Position numbers and translations under genes: made by a program. A stretch of 62,889 nt of DNA, counting the filler, from Sphacelaria rigidula (Eukaryota): the NCBI GenBank assembly GCA_964200075.2. It is 3 parts of 3 records of this genome, joined end to end, with 100 filler letters (N's around TTAATTAATTAA, not from the genome) between each part and the next. Parts side by side here need not be neighbours in the genome. Positions count along the whole stretch, not along the records: positions 42,002 to 62,889 come from CAXNAA020000483.1; 2 more parts are not named here. One strand, written 5' to 3'. The notes below the pieces were generated by a model. The model searched no databases, was not told the origin of the DNA, and saw only the letters and a program-made list of their open reading frames with translations. Shown here piece after piece: positions 61,710 to 62,889 of the stretch (position 1 is the stretch's first letter; each line of letters begins with the position of its first letter).

Positions 61710-62016
61710 TTGTGGTATCAAGGGATCAACCCATCTCTCCCCCGGGACACGGTAGACGCCTTACATTTTGGTATCGCAGATTGGATCATGACTAGCACTC
61801 CCCCACCACGTCGAGTGTCGTCCAACGAACCCAGCCAAACAGACTCGAATAGTTTTTGCTAGTCACGCCCTCACGCTTTCACGCTTTTTCAGGCTTTTAA
61901 CCACGAAAATCCGATACTTTACTCAAAACGCCACACTAAACGCATCTGGCAGAAATGGAATCCATAATCCGAGCGCTAACGGTTCAAGTTTCACCATTAG
62001 ACAACCCGGGCGGGCC
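61710..62016 (-). mobile_element. SINE-like repeat copy (family of 4280-4558)
   Basis: Shared blocks GATCAACCCATCTCTCC...TACATTTTG...TCGCAGATTGG. Confidence 0.6.
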
Positions 62017-62358
62017 TTTTTTTTGCTGGGAACATTTGTAGTAGTCTGCATTCGTCGGTACAATAATGTGAAGTCGGTGTATACGAGGGTGCAGGATTGC
62101 TATCTTGGAGACGTAAATTGAATTAGAGATGTGTCAATGTTCTAGGATGTTGGCTGAGCGAGGTAGCAGGCTTGTAGGGTCACCTCATCTCTGATACTCT
62201 TGCCCTTGATTTACCGCTGGCGAGTGTGGGTAGTAATCGTAGACACAAAATGTGAGTTTCACCTGACAATTTCGTCGTTGAAATTTTCACCTGCTTGTGT
62301 ACAGGGCAGATCAAAGTCTAACACCTCGGCTCTCTCGTGTGTGCCCTTGTTAAAATAT

Positions 62359-62571
62359 CTACGCAATGAATATCATCGTCACATCTCGGGGGGCTGACTG
62401 GTACAACTGAAACTGGCTGGTTTCGATGAAAGATTGAGGCGTCCAACCGCGGTAGATGCGTGTAATTTCTTCTCTGAGAAGCATCTTATCGCCTTCTGCC
62501 AAACGTGAGGACGTGAGTACCAACGGAAGCTTCTTGAAGATAGTCGACACGGTGCGGTAGTAGTGTTGTGT
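62359..62571 (-). CDS. Possible exon of an unidentified neighbouring gene
   Basis: A TAG acceptor is followed by an open frame TQHYYRTVSTIFKKLPLVLTSSRLAEGDKMLLREEITRIYRGWTPQSFIETSQFQLYQSAPRD... with exon-like codon usage. No family recognised. Confidence 0.35.
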   Translation of the reverse strand, partial: TQHYYRTVSTIFKKLPLVLTSSRLAEGDKMLLREEITRIYRGWTPQSFIETSQFQLYQSAPRDVTMIFIA

Positions 62572-62889
62572 CTAAGCTCCGTGATACCAAAGTGGCAAGG
62601 CGTGTACCGGCGGAGAGGTAGATGGGTCGATCTATTGGGACTACGGACTGGCCGCGAGGAAGGGAAAGAGTCAGAAAAATTATGACTAAAACAGAAAAAA
62701 GGCGTCCCCCGGGAGTATCCCCAAAGCTATCTATCACCTAGGGTAGAGTCGTCAGAGCGGAGCAGAGCTGAGCTTGGACTTTCCAAACAATGATGTTTCA
62801 GTTTCGTTTTTCTTGGGTACGTACGTCTATCATGAGACCACGGCTGGACCCCTCGGGGGTCAGTTAGAGTGCGACAATCAATCAATCAA

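Overview
Intron-rich, repeat-rich eukaryotic DNA, most likely from a brown alga (Phaeophyceae; inferred from gene structure and repeat types). It consists of three contigs joined by two artificial 100-nt N/TTAATTAATTAA linkers (20909-21008, 41902-42001). Reading splice sites by hand gives three spliced genes that the ORF track shows only as fragments. (1) A 5'-incomplete anoctamin/TMEM16 gene (- strand, 15 exons, 264-20327). (2) A + strand gene with 4 recovered exons (28622-41029) encoding a bacterial-type polysaccharide pyruvyltransferase-like domain. (3) The first 300 codons of alanyl-tRNA synthetase (- strand, 8 exons, 43034-58178), preceded in frame, across one TGA, by a transit-peptide-like ORF. 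There is also an orphan 389-codon ORF with a Walker A and helicase-like motifs (21021-22190). The rest is two decayed Ty3/gypsy remnants, RTE-type LINE remnants, tRNA-headed SINEs, several MITE families, hairpins and microsatellites. No rRNA, bona fide tRNA or CRISPR array was seen.
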